Assembly: GCA_040954595.2 (NCBI GenBank)
Contig: CM082590.2
Location: forward strand, 6,696,001-6,760,000
Length of the DNA: 64,000 bases
Direction: 5' to 3'
Source: Balanoglossus misakiensis
Lineage: Eukaryota > Animalia > Hemichordata
The position numbers and the translations under genes were made by a program. This document shows positions 29,655 through 44,100 of the stretch, in pieces. The notes beneath the pieces are model-generated. The model saw only the letters and a program-made list of their open reading frames with translations, ran no database searches and was not told the DNA's origin. Position 1 is the stretch's first letter. Each line of letters opens with the position of its first letter.

Positions 29655-29700
29655 AGGACCCTATAAAAAGACACGACCAATCACGTCATTGCCACACCAC
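29655..29700 (-). promoter_or_regulatory. Putative HDC proximal promoter (CRE-like, CCAAT, TATA-like)
   Basis: Minus strand reads TGACGTGATTGG...TTTTTATAG about 240 bp upstream of the ATG; motif match only. Confidence 0.35.
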
Positions 29701-32700
29701 GAACAAAACACCCATACATATCCATTTACAGAGTTTAACCACGCCCACTGTTCTAACAAGACTCCCTAGGTCACTCCTCTAGGCTGCATAATCGCGTGCA
29801 TATTTTACCTGGCATCATTGCAATAACTATATTGAATTCTATGAGCGAAATCTTACATATAGCGGGTAGGTTAGCGCGCTGTGACGCGGCGAATTAAAGT
29901 CATATGAGAAGGTTGTGTCGTGATGGGATGGCCTCCACCTCGTTCCAGAGTATAAACAAACGGAGTGAAGTTATAGTGACAGAAACGTTTCCAGAATTCG
30001 GGTGGGATTAAACGACTTAACCGGGGCCTCGTCCTTCTCTTAAACAAACAACTGTCAAAATATCAATTTAAGTTTACTACAGACTGGAAAAATCTCATGT
30101 CCCTGGACGACACAGCCCTGTGCAAGTTTATTCACCTTCGAACTACAGTTTTTAAAATCGTCGATAATTTCCACGCTTGTTGGTACTCCTCTCTCCCGCC
30201 AAAATCTCAAAACGGCGATATTCCCAAGCTATTTTTTCCATCGATGTTTTGTAAAATTTTAGGCGATTAAATTTGCAAAATGCGCCACTCGTTGGAAATG
30301 AACCCTGATTTGACCAAGAAATCAAGGAGACATTGTCCATTCCGTAGTAAACACTAGAGAGATATCACGACATAAAAGCTGGCTTCCAATAGGCTGTTTT
30401 GCGTACATTTATGCAGATTTACATTTGATTGACATCTTCGAATTTGCATTCTTCCAACCAACCACGCCCACACCCCCAATTTCACCCCATACCTGTTTTC
30501 CAATCTCCTTGATCTTAAACCACATTTCCCTATCTTTAATATTCTGTGGATATGTGTATGGGAGGTTTCTGTTTTATCGGGTGAGCTTTAAAATCTCATT
30601 CAAGACATTGTATTCAAACATGTCATCCTACGTCACATGAATCCATATTCGAAGGACAGCGCTGCTCTATGATGCCATTTCTATTTGTCATTTGCAATGG
30701 AAGTCATATTGTCCGGGCAGAGCACTATTAAGGGTGTACATCATTAAACGTGAGTGATGACCCGGGGAAGAGTTAAAGGGACAATAGCTGTCACGTTCAC
30801 TTTTATTTCCAGTATTTTTGTTCTCTGTACCTAATGCAATTTTTTTTAAATACAATGACGTAAGCTGATATTGAAAAAAACGTAATATCTCGATAACGGT
30901 TTACATGTAACAGGCAGACGGCCATTTTCTATAGGAATTTAAATGATGGTCGAAAAGTATGGGGTAATGCGTTCAAATATTCAAATGTGTTCTTACCCTG
31001 TCCATGTCAATGCTAATCACATATTTATGTAACAATGGTAAAAACCTTGACAATGAGTATTTGGTATTAAAATTAATCTATCATTAACAGTTAAAATGAA
31101 ACAGGTGCAACGAACAGCTATTTTCCAGGAAATGAAGTAATTTCTGGGAAATGGTAGAAAAGAATGGGGGAAATACATGGGTTGTCCACCTGACAACGTC
31201 AAGGGTAATCACTCATCTATATTTAAACGGATAAAACGTTTAAAACAATTTTTCGGTTTAAAAAAATTATATATACAGTACAGTTATTTTCTAGGAAATG
31301 GAAAAACAATTCTGGCAAATAATCGAACAAATTACGGAAATCAATTTAAACGAACATTAGCTGTAACTTTAGACTTTATTTTCAGTATTTTTGTTCTGTG
31401 TACCAAATGCAATTTCTTGTTCTACTTCAAACATCATGCTGATATACCCAGTACTCCACTTGTCAACATATGTATGTGTGTGGCAGCTATTGATATTGTT
31501 GACAAATGAATTCTAGTCCGGACTTGAATTCAAATTTGGCACAATAACAATGCCGACTATACAAATATATGTTGTGTTGATAGGCTAAATGCTGGACATT
31601 TCATCATGTTTCAGGAATTTGAACAAGAAACTGCAGTAGATACACATAACAAAAATGATTAAAACATATAGGCATGTATATATATTTTATTTTGTTCTTT
31701 CTTATCTTAAAGGGAAGCGGTCGTTGCACCGCGTGGGTGTCCCCCTTGATGAGAATATGTCCTCCCATACCAGCGCAAACCCCACCGCAGTCGCCACGAC
31801 CTACTAGGATCTTCAGTTGCTGCCATGCCCAGTCTACACTACAGTTGGCTGCTTCGTTCATTCTAAGAATGATCTAATTTGTTGTGGATGAATTGTAATG
31901 TTTATAAACAAATGCGGCGCGACGACCCCTTCACTTTAAAACATGCAGCGAAACGATACAGCTAATAGTCTGGAGCTTTACATCTTCAAATGTATAAATT
32001 CAAAGGCCAATGCTTATCATAAAAACATGACAAATGTTTAAACCGTTTTGTTCAGTTTTAGAATTAATCTCTCATTAACGGTTTATATACAACAGCTGTG
32101 CAGTCTGATTCATGTCAATCAATAATTGCATGAGTGGTATCAATAAATAATTACATAATGGTGTAATTTTATATTAATAATCATAAATTATTGCTCGGGG
32201 CACAATACTAAGCAGATAGCGCTGCCCACTCATTCCTGTCATAAAAATTGAACTGTGTTAATTATTCAAGTAAACTCTTAAGTGTGTATGCATATTGCTA
32301 AGTAACTGCGGAACTGATGATTATTTTGACAGAAAACCATTGCCAAGTTATTCAATCTAATACATTGATGAAGATTATATTAAACAAATCAGAGATAGTA
32401 TCATTTAAGGTGTATATACTAACCTAAATAAAACTACCTAAATAACTGTTATTGCACCAAAGAGTATAGAAAGGGTTCGTTAAAGGCCAATTTCTCGATC
32501 CCAGGGCAGAACAATGAAGGCAAACAAGAAAGCCTTTGGGTTAACACATAACTGTTTATTGGAAACAAAAGATTTGACCCACTGCTGAGAAGGGCCTTTA
32601 ATTACAGTGGAATTAGTGAGTGTCGATATCCAATTGTGTTGTTGTTGTCGTTGGTGGCGTCACTGATGAAAAATAAATATGGAGGGGTAAAGTTGATATA

Positions 32701-34789
32701 TCTGCTGTCTTTTCCCGATCTCCAACACAGACTATTTTCGCCACCATCCTGTCTGTTGTTAGGACAGAACACTGTCTTATGGCATTGACTGTATAGAATT
32801 TTGGTAATCAGAGTCTCTGGTTTGGCACATGCGTATAAGGCGATCATCACCCCTTTGAGAGGGAATAAGCTAAAGTTGCATTGAGCAAAACATAAGAAGA
32901 AAAAAATTCAGATTTGTTTTTACATTTTTGATAAATTTCCCCGCCAAAGCAATGTGGTCAGGCAAGCACAAGTTTCTGACGTATGCCTTTAAAAGTTTTA
33001 ATTCCTTCGAAGCTAGAATTATCTTATAAATTATGTTTGTTCTTTCTAGAGATCTGAAGACATTTCAATAAGGCAGTGGTGTGGTTTCGACCACTACATC
33101 CTGAAAGAAATGGTTCCTGCCATACTGTTGAAATCTTTGAAATCATCCGATCCATGGGCAGGCCACACACAGTCTCAACTGATAAGAAACAGTTATTTTA
33201 TACAAATTGTTTTGTATCGCCACTGCTGAAAAACACGGCAAGCCCAACAAAGTTAACGTTACTTCCGAGGCCTATTCGATGCTTTCCCGTAACCACGACT
33301 CTGATCTGTGTATAGACGGCCACCTATCAGATTTCTCACTCTCAGTCATCGTGTTATTCTGCACTATTGTCAGTATTGATCACGTGATCTGGCCGTGCGT
33401 CCCATGGTGCTGTCATTTCCAGGTGACGGGCAAGCAATTTTTCGGCGTCCAGTAAAAGTTTTTCCGGGTATGTTTTTACTTTAGAACCGCCAAACACATA
33501 ACATGTATCGGGTATGGTGCCTCATCAGCCTCATAGCGTTTCGTCTGCACAGTTGACGTCTGCACCACGTTGTTGAAGTTGCCCGTCATCTGGAAATTTG
33601 AATGCCAACGTAACTGCGCCTGAGCGCGTCTGACGTCATTTGATATCGAAGATTTTATTTCGCCAGGTGGTGAAAATAAAATTACGCGCAAATAGTTCCT
33701 ATGAACGCACCTGCATAGCGCTACAAACACATCTGCACACCGTTTTTGCATGCATATATCAATGTAGTAAATTGAAAAAATAAACTGTCTGTTCAGGAAA
33801 CCGCCGTATAGCATTATGATCACGAGAAAAGTGCTGCCCAGCATTTCCTAACTGAAAACCCCCAACTGAACAAGTAGGATGGAAACACCATGTTTTCTGT
33901 TAAAACACATTGATAAACAATATATTTCAAAATCAGGAAAATAACAATATTTTCCAAATTGATTTGACCGCTGCCTAATTTGCTATTACTCGAATCAAAT
34001 TTGGAAAATATTGTAATTTTACCGATTTTGAATCAAAAGTACTCAAATCAAATATGCAGTACAGTGATTATCAAGGTGCACAGAACGCGGAATTTATTTT
34101 AACCAAATTGTTCTTAATTGGTGCTTCAGCAAATATAGAGGCTAAAATGACAGGGATTACACTATGATACTGTGAACTTTGGTTGAATTTTACTGGAGGC
34201 GGTTGTCGCTTCGTAATTCATCTTGTCAGCTTGCATAACAACTTTAAATTTGCATACAACCTGCAATTCGGAAGTCGTTTTCAATCTATTGACGCCAGCA
34301 TCGAAATCTTTTATTCGTTTGGTGTTTTCAAATTTGACATTGTAATTAACTGTATAAAGATGACGCAATTTGCCAGCTGGGGTGACGCTTAAACTAACAT
34401 GTATTCTTTCTTCTCGCACTTGACACTGTTGACACAACAACACAAAACAAACAACAGAAACGCGGTAAATACAATGGGACTTTCAACTCTGAGCAACAGA
34501 CCGTCCTTGTCAAAGCACGCTATCAACACGAATCAATCTGCCACAGCCGCGAGATTGTATTATTAATTTAATATATCCTACAGCAACGACCAAATTGTTG
34601 CAGATTCTTTGACTTTCCCAGTGTTGTGACGTCATGGAAAGGCATATGATGTGATTAGTAATGACATAACATTTCACAGTTATGTTAATTTTAGAATGAC
34701 TTTTCAAAAAAAACTGTAGGATTTTCTACATATAAATGTGAGATAACTACTAAATCCAGATTGTATCATAAAATGTCCGCTCACATATG

Positions 34790-35070
34790 CTATATCATTG
34801 CAAACAATTATTTTGTATTACACTGTACATAATTGCAAACAATGTGGTTGTTACTTTGTATTACATTGTACATCACTGCAAACAATGTGGTTGTTACTTT
34901 GTATTACACTGGAGTGTAACTGCTACAATGTACATCACTGCAAACAATGTGGTTGTTACTTTGTATTACATTGTACATCACTGCAAACAATGTGCTTGTT
35001 ACATTGTATTACACTGTAGTTTAACTGTTACAATGCACATCACTGCAAACAATGTGGTTGTTACTTTTAA
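34790..35070. repeat. Second array of the 43-bp minisatellite
   Basis: Same unit with short insertions. Confidence 0.85.
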
Positions 35071-36289
35071 TAACATTTCCAATTAACTTTGATATAACAT
35101 GCAGGGCTTCTCTGAACATTTCCGATGGTGTGTTTATAAACAGAGAAGACGCCCATGTGCAGTTCCGACGACCTTCCCCCTTTATCAAACCAAAAGTCCT
35201 TCCCTATGTACCCTGAACAGTGCTTCTTATATACATAGAAGGGTAGAAATACTGCCCTCTACAGGTAAAATAGCTTTGTCTCAAACAGAACGGAAATAGA
35301 TTTTTTACTCATTTTCGTGTTAATTAATGTCTTGAAGACACCAAAGACACCTGCATACCTAACTCATAATAATTTATATGACAGTGACGTCATGGGAGTA
35401 AATCACACACTTTTAGTGATATTTATTTTTTATTTTTTGCGATTCTTGCGTATTTTTTCGTTGATTCTTTCTTTACGTAAGTAGATTTTGCAACAAGTCC
35501 GTGGAGGGCGCCATTAACGTTATCTGGACCAGGCGGCTGCAATCACACTTTGCCGAAGTTTTTGATGGTTCATCAACCAAAACTTACCAAGCTGCTGGTC
35601 TCGGTTTACCCAGCCCCTCTGCTTCTTCCGTTGGGCACTCTAGAAAGAGGGTCTCGGGAAATACCATAGACAAAACTCCGGGCAAAGATGGCCGACTCGA
35701 GGCAAAAAAGCGATGCATGACAGTCGACATTAATGACATTTGATATTATGATATGACGATTATAGAAAACTATTTACCAAACTTCGCCCTCTCTTTTCAA
35801 TTTGTAAGGTCCAGCACTTCTCAGCATGTTCGTATAGGTTTTAGGCTGCAACCATAAGTGATTTTTAATATTCACTGATAAACAATATATATAAAAACAC
35901 AATATATATAAAAACAGGAAAATTACAATATTCAAACTTTTGAGTTGTCATCTATCTTAATATCACGGACGTGTTGTGACTGCCTTTACGAATGGCTATG
36001 TAAATACTGTATATTTGACCTATGAACTTTAGAATATGGATGAGTATGATCCCAATTAATTATTCATGAATTTTCCCTGCCACTTTACCTTCGTTCCGAG
36101 ACAGTCCACAACACCTGCTGTGTAATTTCACACCAAACCATGTTCGCTTACATAACATTGAAAGATGAGATTGACCATTCCTGATCTTTGACCTTTGAGA
36201 TGTTACAGTTACTGATTCCGATCATAATCCTTTTGTGTAGAAAAAAAAATTGGCTTTACCACTGTCTTGTATGGTTTACATTATGTTTG

Positions 36290-36601
36290 CATTAATTATG
36301 TTTGATACAAGACACAGTTTATGTAATGTACACGTGGATATATAGTGAATCAATGTTCACCACACACAACTTCCATCCCACTTGTAGACACAAGAGTGAA
36401 AAAACTGGCCAAAATGAATAATCAGTCTCTACCATTTATTCATTTTGGCGAGATTTTTACTCTCATATCCTATAGACGGGATGGAAGTTGTGTGTGGTCG
36501 AGCATTGATTCACTATATATCCACATGTAGAATAACATAAACAGTGTCTTGTATGAAACATAATTAATGGGAAAAGGGCAGCGAGAGATAGACTTTGTCC
36601 C
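36290..36601. mobile_element. MITE family A copy, left end missing
   Basis: Same internal and right-TIR sequence. Confidence 0.7.
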
Positions 36602-37403
36602 TTAAGGGTAATGGTAAATTCCTATGATTTGCTTCATAATTTGATCAGATCAAATCAATTTTAGATTATTATCTCCTAAAATTAAGGGAAAAAATGCCAA
36701 CTGGTTGAGGTTTACACGCAGACAATCTCGTGGTATTAGGACAATCACCCATGCACCCCGTAGAACGCTCTGTCCGGTGACGTCATCGGCGAGGAAAAGG
36801 CCAGTCAGTGGTCATGGAACTATGATGACCCATTTTTATCGCGAGATCACGTGACTCGCGTATACCATGTCACCTGATGGGTCAAATGGCCAATGTAATT
36901 ATATCTAAAGAATTTCTTTGAAACTGGCTTCGGTGTTAGGTGGGTGATTAATGTGCGTGTTGTTCACTCAGTCCCATTGGTAGGTCTTCAACAAGTCTAA
37001 GTTGATTTATTGGTCTGGGATGGGGACCCAGCGTCGGCTCGCACTCGCGTGTTAGGGACTGGGCATTTTCTTCGGCCTGGGGGGGCGGTGGATTCATGGG
37101 GGAGGTTACCCTGTTTTTTTAATGTGGTGGTGGGGGAGCACCGGGGGTCAGTCACGGTTTTTTCAATGTTCAATGAACAGGTCAGTCACTTTTTGATATC
37201 CACAAAATATAATCCACACCCCCCCCCCCCCTGGCCGAAGAAACTGACCAGTCCCTTAGTAGAGCTGACAGTAGGCTAGCGACAGTTAATGGAACAGCCG
37301 AACTCTCGACAGCACAATGCGCTGACCCAGATAACACCACTGCGCTGACACGCCCTCGTCACGTCCAGGTAACCATTTGCGAGTAAACCCCCTGCGGTAC
37401 GTT

Positions 37404-37411
37404 TATAAATA
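37404..37411 (+). promoter_or_regulatory. TATA box of SELENBP1
   Basis: TATAAATA about 120 bp upstream of the ATG, with an Inr-like CATTCA about 30 bp downstream of it. Confidence 0.55.
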
Positions 37412-37524
37412 GGCTGAAAACAGCTATAAGTTTACATTCACCTGGGCTGTGATACAGTCACTTTGCAGGGCCGTTTGTGTCGTCAACAGATTCTACCCAA
37501 CGGAGGCTTCAACGCATCACTAGA

Positions 37525-37528
37525 ATGG
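37525..37528 (+). CDS. SELENBP1: SELENBP1 coding exon 1 (ATG G)
   Basis: ATGG|gtaagt; phase 1 joins exon 2 to give [14 protein letters not shown]. Confidence 0.7.
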
Positions 37529-40500
37529 GTAAGTACTGGCCTTTCTGTCTTAGTCTTTCTCTAGTACCTCTATGGTCTTACCATGGAGGTAGCGTGGTCT
37601 TACCGTCACCTGCGTTAGACTACTAGTATACCAAACCACCTGTATGCAAGTTGAGAAAACGCACTGGCACTTTTTTTGGGGGGGTGGGTCGTAGCTTTTA
37701 CATCTGTTTCAACTTCACGGTGCGACTAGCTTGTCCTAGCCACTTGTGTCCAAGCCAATAGATTTGAATAGGGACAGCGACAAGGGATAGACTAGAGATT
37801 ATGAACGGGTTGCTTGCGATTGACCCCTTCTGCAACAGAAAATTAAGGTGTCGTGTTCTTTGTCAGGGTCAGTGGACCGCAAGGTGACCGTGGTGAAAAG
37901 AATGAAAATGAGGACAGGGCAGCTTTAACGTTTTTTTCAAAACCCTGGCCATTGCATGATCAGCTCCATGCATGGTGTACCTATCGTTCTTAGTATACTA
38001 TACAAGTATCCTAGTAGCCCACGTCACCTGTTTCTAGTACAGTGTCAAACATATTTGATAAGCCGCGTCCATTGACAACTCGAGTGGCGATAGACACTCT
38101 GTATTTTCATATCATGTACACTTTTTCGTTGGTGAGGCGAGTCCTAGAAGGGGTGTGTGTGGAAAGTTTGCCGAAGGAGTCCGATCGACGGATAAACATA
38201 TTTTCCTTAGGATTAATACTGATGGGACAGTGTCATTGATAGGTAAATATACGGAACGGCACTTGCGTAATCGACAAACTATTGTGCAATTGTGCGTAAA
38301 ATCATAGACCTTCCAGGGTCTATGTAGAATATCCCACTGTCGAAGTTGCTGGCACCAGCATAGAGTATAGTATGTCTATGCATTGAGGTAGCACTTACAG
38401 TACGACTCTGTACATGTAGTAGAGCCTACACATGTGCTTGCCTATGATAACAAGGAACGACCTTTGCATAGTGTGTGTATTTTACATGGTATAGTGGCCG
38501 TTTGATATGGTTATTCGCAGGTGCCTGTGCTAGCGCCCACGCTGCATACGCCGTAAAAGCGTCGCTCATCACCCCAGAAGAGCGATACTTTTAGTTTCTG
38601 GGTTCGTCGAAAGTGCAACGATTTGACATGACTGTTGGAGGCAGACGCTGTCTGCTCTGAGTAGGTTGTTTTCTGTTTGTACACGTCAAATAACCGAGGA
38701 TTCCAAATTTGCTAGGTCATGCTGAGTTGAGAAAAGCATTTGTAGTTCAGCTGGCAGACGAACAGCTGGGCTTTCCAGGTCACCTACTAGTAATTTTCCG
38801 AGCATGCGTAGAGTTCAGAAGACACGTACTCTTATGCAATACATACTACAGTCAAATCTGACCAGCGGCCAGTCAAGGAACTTTCCTAAACTGGCCCTAT
38901 AGACAGGTGGCCTTTTTAGACAGGTCAAGTAATGTACATGTCAATTTCACAGTGACTGTAACAAATATATAATTTAAATTTTCTCCATAGAGTTGACACA
39001 CAGATCAGTGGCCATTTTGAATTTCATATTTGAGACAATTTTGCTCTATAATTAATAAAAAGCATTATGACTCAAATTCTTGATCTCAAATTTACCAGAA
39101 GATAGTCTAAAGTTGCCTTGAGCAATATAAGTGAAAAAGACCAAGACTTTGATTTATATTAAACATGATGGAAATCGTATGATCGGATTTGGATCGGGTC
39201 AAACGCGAGATGACAGAGGTGACTGAGGTCACCTTGCCAGTGGAGGGGAAATGAGAGATGTTGTTTTTCCACAAGTAAATAATTTTCAAGACAATGTTAT
39301 TTTCAGCGTACTGTGAACTATAACCGGCTTCTTTATCGCCGAATGCTTGCATTCTCACGCATCGTGGCCCCGGACGGCCGAAACAGGTCAACTGAACGCT
39401 GATTGGCCCTGGTGATTCTGTCGTCACTTTTTACCGCGCTGGTCCACCATGTTTCGTACAATGGCAATCTTTAGGCGCGACGTCGAGTGGGCTTATAGTC
39501 TATTAGTGTCGCTGATGAAAGATCGGGCGTCTCAGAACGGCGGTTTTCTTCTATTTATGTTTGTATGCTTGTCATTTATGAGAGTCCGAGAAAGCAATTT
39601 TGCAGTTGCAGAACCTATAAGACGAACCGTAGCACGGGGCATGATCAACGGCGTCATATACTAGTAGTACATGTAATCAAATTTGACTGTAGATGGCGTG
39701 ATTTGGCTAAAAAAAATTGGATCTGTGGCATATAAAAAGCCCTCCTTTATTTCTGTTCTTGCTGCTCAAAGTTGTCAGATCGAATTTAAGTTTATTCATT
39801 TCATGAAACTTGGACCACAATGAGTACATGTATGTTCTAAGGCATGGAAGCGTAAGGCGAGATAACCATCTTTCCAGGCCTGCAGGGTGACCCACCGGTC
39901 ATCGGCGAGTGGAGACGAACACTGCGCGATAAACGCTTGAAAAATACTCTAATCTAATCTCTTGTGGCGTGATGTTGTAACCCGTCTGTCCCCGTTTATC
40001 TGTTGGTGTCATGTCATCGCGACCTTGGAGAGGACACCTGTCAATCACCAGGTGTCCTTTTCAAGGTCACGATGTCGTGACAGGACAGCCAGACGATAAA
40101 GTGACTCCCGTTACCGGTAAAGGTGAATCAGTGGCGTGGAGCTGTCACATGACCCGCTACTGCATGTCTACCCAGAAAGCAGTGCGCGGCAGGATTCTCA
40201 TCAGTAGTCAATATATCATTTTCCGCACCCCGTGAGACCGTGTACGATCTCGTGTGGCTTTGCAGTTTTATGTGGGTCGGACATTCTCACCTGACACAGG
40301 ACTAACACACAATTGTCCCAACGTGTTAATCGGCACTAAAGTTGCAGTTTTGTTAAAACCCCTATAGCTGCCAAAGTTCACATATTTTTATCACAGTAAA
40401 ATACTTCAAATATATTCCGTATCCTCTGAAATCGTCACCATTAAGCCATATTACTTGCATTTGCATCAGTTTGTCATCTCTTGGCGACGCATACCCCTAT

Positions 40501-41588
40501 AGCTGCGTACTGTTTGTATGGAGGCTGATTAAATCAGTGCGTCACCGTTTTAATACAGAACGTTTTCCAATTGCAACATGCAGTCACAATCGGGCATCGG
40601 TAAGGTGTTCATGTATACCTATCAGTAAGCTTATTTAGATGGACTAATTTAAGTTATAAAATAAAATCATGAAAATAATGCAAAAATTGGCAGCTATGGA
40701 ACCACTCACGGTCTGGATCGTGACGTCATCGACAGGAAGCGGTCTGGAGGAGGAGGGGGGTACTGTCCTTCATTCTGGTGGCCAGGGGAAGGGGGGTCGC
40801 CAAACTTTGTGCGGACATTTGCAGGTCAGGTACCTGTCGTGCAAGGACGCTTTGACAAAATGTGACAAATCGTTTCTCAGACGTGCACGTGTTTTCAAAG
40901 CAAATAGAAAAGCATGACAAATCAAGCCTTCAAAGACAAAGACGCATGCGCCCTCTTGACATGGCTGAGCCCATGTCTGGGGAGCTGTATTCATACTATG
41001 CAATGGATCATTTCGTTGCCCACTCAACACTCGTACTTAAGCAGTCCAACAATCGCCTACAGACACAGACACTCATTGTAAGTGCCTGTACAAGTACGCT
41101 CATCTAATCATCGATAACTATAAGTTACAAGGAACTCATAAGTCACATGATAATCAGTTGGGAAGAGCCTGCGCTTACTCCCTGTGTTATTTTAAACTTA
41201 TTTTAAAGAAGAAAAAAGTTTCAAAATGTCAAACGAAAACCTGTAATTTTACACTGACATTCGAAGTCGTAATGTTAAATGAAGGGTGGGTAGCTTCCCG
41301 TCTGCTGCTAGGATGAATCCTATACAGCACAGTTGCAATAAGGTACGCACATCATGGCAAACAGCTGTTGTTACTTTTTATTACATCATGCCAAAGAATT
41401 CGTCGTTACTTTTTATCACGTTTTCAAACTGTTTTGTGATTCAACAGAAATTGGTTGGCATGCAGGGATGTCCTGACATTTTTTTTAGCATAAAAGTCGC
41501 ACATGTGCAGTTAGGACGACCCTCTCCCTTTAATTCAACTATAATTAATGATGAAATGGGTAACCTTAATATTTTAATTATCTTTCAG

Positions 41589-41758
41589 CTTCGCCACAGA
41601 AGACCGGTCCGGGGTATGCTACACCCTTATCAGCCATGAAGGGCGCCCCCAGGGAAGAGATCGTCTACCTGCCTTGTATCTATAGAAACACGGAGGTGAA
41701 GAAACCTGATTACCTGGCAACGGTTGATGTGGATCCAAGATCGTCAACGTATAGCAAG
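41589..41758 (+). CDS. SELENBP1: SELENBP1 / methanethiol oxidase exon 2
   Basis: [29 protein letters not shown]...[11 protein letters not shown], the SBP56 family N-terminus. Confidence 0.95.
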
Positions 41759-42340
41759 GTAACTAATGCGACCGCTAGGTGGCGCCTGCCAGCTAGAACG
41801 CTCTGCGATACCACAGTGTCTTTTTCATTGCTGGGTTATTTTAACTTTACAGTAAAACCTGTCTAAACCAAACCCTGTCTTATCTGGAAACCTGTCTAGA
41901 CCAAACAAAATTTCCTGTCCCTTCGACATAGAACCACATGTTAAAAGAACCGCTATAAACAGGACACCTCTGCAAACCGAACAATTTCTTCAGTCCCTTT
42001 GGTGTTCGGTTTAGACAGGTTTTACTCAGTGTACCGTAAAACACTTTATTTTCGCGAGTTAAAATTTTCGCGATATCGAGAGAGGCCACTGTTTCGCGAG
42101 TGTTAATTTTCGTGTTCTCTTATTTCATTAACTGCATCGTTATTTTAAAAAAAAATTACATGTACGTGACTTTTTATTTTCACGCTATTTTGGCTCTCGA
42201 GTATTTCGCGGAAATTTATTGCTCGCGAAAATAAAGTGTTTTATAGTATGCATTCTGTTCAAACTATCAAAATGAGCATATATATATATATACAAAACAG
42301 TGACAAAATATACTGTCACGGAATTGCTAGGTCAACGCCC

Positions 42341-44100
42341 CACACAAGACTCGTATCTCAAGAAATGCGACTTTTTCCTGATTCTCAGACTGAGACACCC
42401 TGTAGCAAGAGAAACTGTCAATTTTCCATGATTGGGGCGGAGCTTGTATCACGTGGGCTTGTTGCGTGTAAAGTAACTCCCCAGCTCGACATCCAAACGC
42501 AGACTAGACATGGCGGTTGAACTGCGAGCATCGTGCTCTCATGTGTAGTGATCTGAATTCGTACTTTACCTCTATCTTTCTTATATTGTCGTTCAAACCT
42601 TTCTCCACGTTTGTGGGAACGCTTTTTCTGTAACCTCTGAGAGGTCTAGTTGTCTACGGATCGTAATTCCGAGGTTTTTCTTGGTATTTGTGTGAGCGCA
42701 ACGCTCAGGTCGGTCGGTCGGTCTTTTCAGCACATCTCTTAGCGCACGTTCTGCCGTGCGCGAGGTAAATCGAACCAGGACTAGTAACGGACCGGTCTAC
42801 GCCGTCAAGGCTCGATCGTGCTACGTTTACGCTACCGTTAAGTTGGCTGTTTGGTCCAAGGTTCGTCATTCACTAAGGCTTGACAATTTTGGGGACCTCA
42901 GTCCGACATAATTTCCGTTACAATACCTATAATTCATACCGAAACAATTTCCCATTAACCGCGTCCGCAAAGAAACTGATATGTGTATCATACACACTGA
43001 AAAACTATTGTGGCGAACATCCCCACTTCCAGGGATTTATTATTATTCTAAAAACATTTCTTGATAAGAACACGTAAATAGGCAATTTTTACATTCCTTG
43101 CAAAATGCTGGGTGGTAATATAACGTATAAATAGATACAAAACAGCTTGTTATGCTATCAAGCGAATATTAGGGGGGGAAATGAAATTTCTTTTGGTCAC
43201 GCATACGTGCTACGCTCTTTATTTGTTTTACGTTTTCTGTCTGGCCTAGGTATTCAAATGAGATATGACTATATTTGGAACAAAATATTAAATAAGAGGT
43301 CAACACGTCTTCGACTGGTCTGGTTCCCTAACTACCGTGTAACGCTGCTGGCACTGCACATGGGGCAAGGGACTGCCATGCGACCGGAACCTTCCTTATT
43401 ACCATGACAATGCATTCAGCTTGCTAAAGTACAATGCATATGCAAATTAGTCAACCTAATTATTCCGCACACAAGACTCCTATCTCAAGAAATGCGACTT
43501 TTTCCTGATTCCCAGACTGAGACACCCTGTAGCAAGAGAATCTGTCAATTTTCCACGATTGGGGGCGGAGCTTGTGGGCTTGTTGCGTGTAAAGTGATTC
43601 CCCTCGACATCCCAAAAGCAGACGAGACATGGCGGTTGAACTGGGAGCATCGTGCTCTCGTGTGTAGTGATCTGAATTCGTAGTTTACCTCTATCCTTCT
43701 TATATTTTCGTTCAAACCTTTCTCCACGTTTGTGGGAACACCATTTCTGTAACCTCTGAGAGATTTAGTTGTCTACGGATCGTAATTCCGAGGTTTTTCT
43801 TGGCATTTGTGTGAGCGCAACGCTCAGGTCGGTCGGTCGGTCTTTCAGCACATCTCTTAGCGCACGTTCTGCCGTGCGCAAGGTAAATCGAACCAGGACT
43901 TGTAACGGACCGATCTACGCCGTCAAGGCTCGATCGTGCTACGTTTACGCTACCGTTGAGTTGGCTGTTTGGTCCAAGGTTCGTCATTCACTAAGGCTTG
44001 ACAATTTGGGGGACCTCAGTCCGACATAATTTCCGTAACAATACCTATACATGTAATTCTTACTGAAACAATTTCCCATTAACCACGTCCACAAATAGAC
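42341..44100. repeat. Direct duplication of an approximately 635-bp segment (42341-42975 and 43468-44100)
   Basis: Both copies start CACACAAGACTC.TATCTCAAGAAATGCG and align throughout. Confidence 0.85.
43078..43465 (+). pseudogene. Degenerate U5 array unit: U5 3' remnant (Sm site, 3' box), spacer, and DSE of the next unit (octamer 43440-43447)
   Basis: ATAGGCAATTTTTACATTCCTTGC...AAATAGATACAAA aligns with the U5 3' end at 52526-52590; the block is duplicated at about 46259-46715. Confidence 0.7.
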
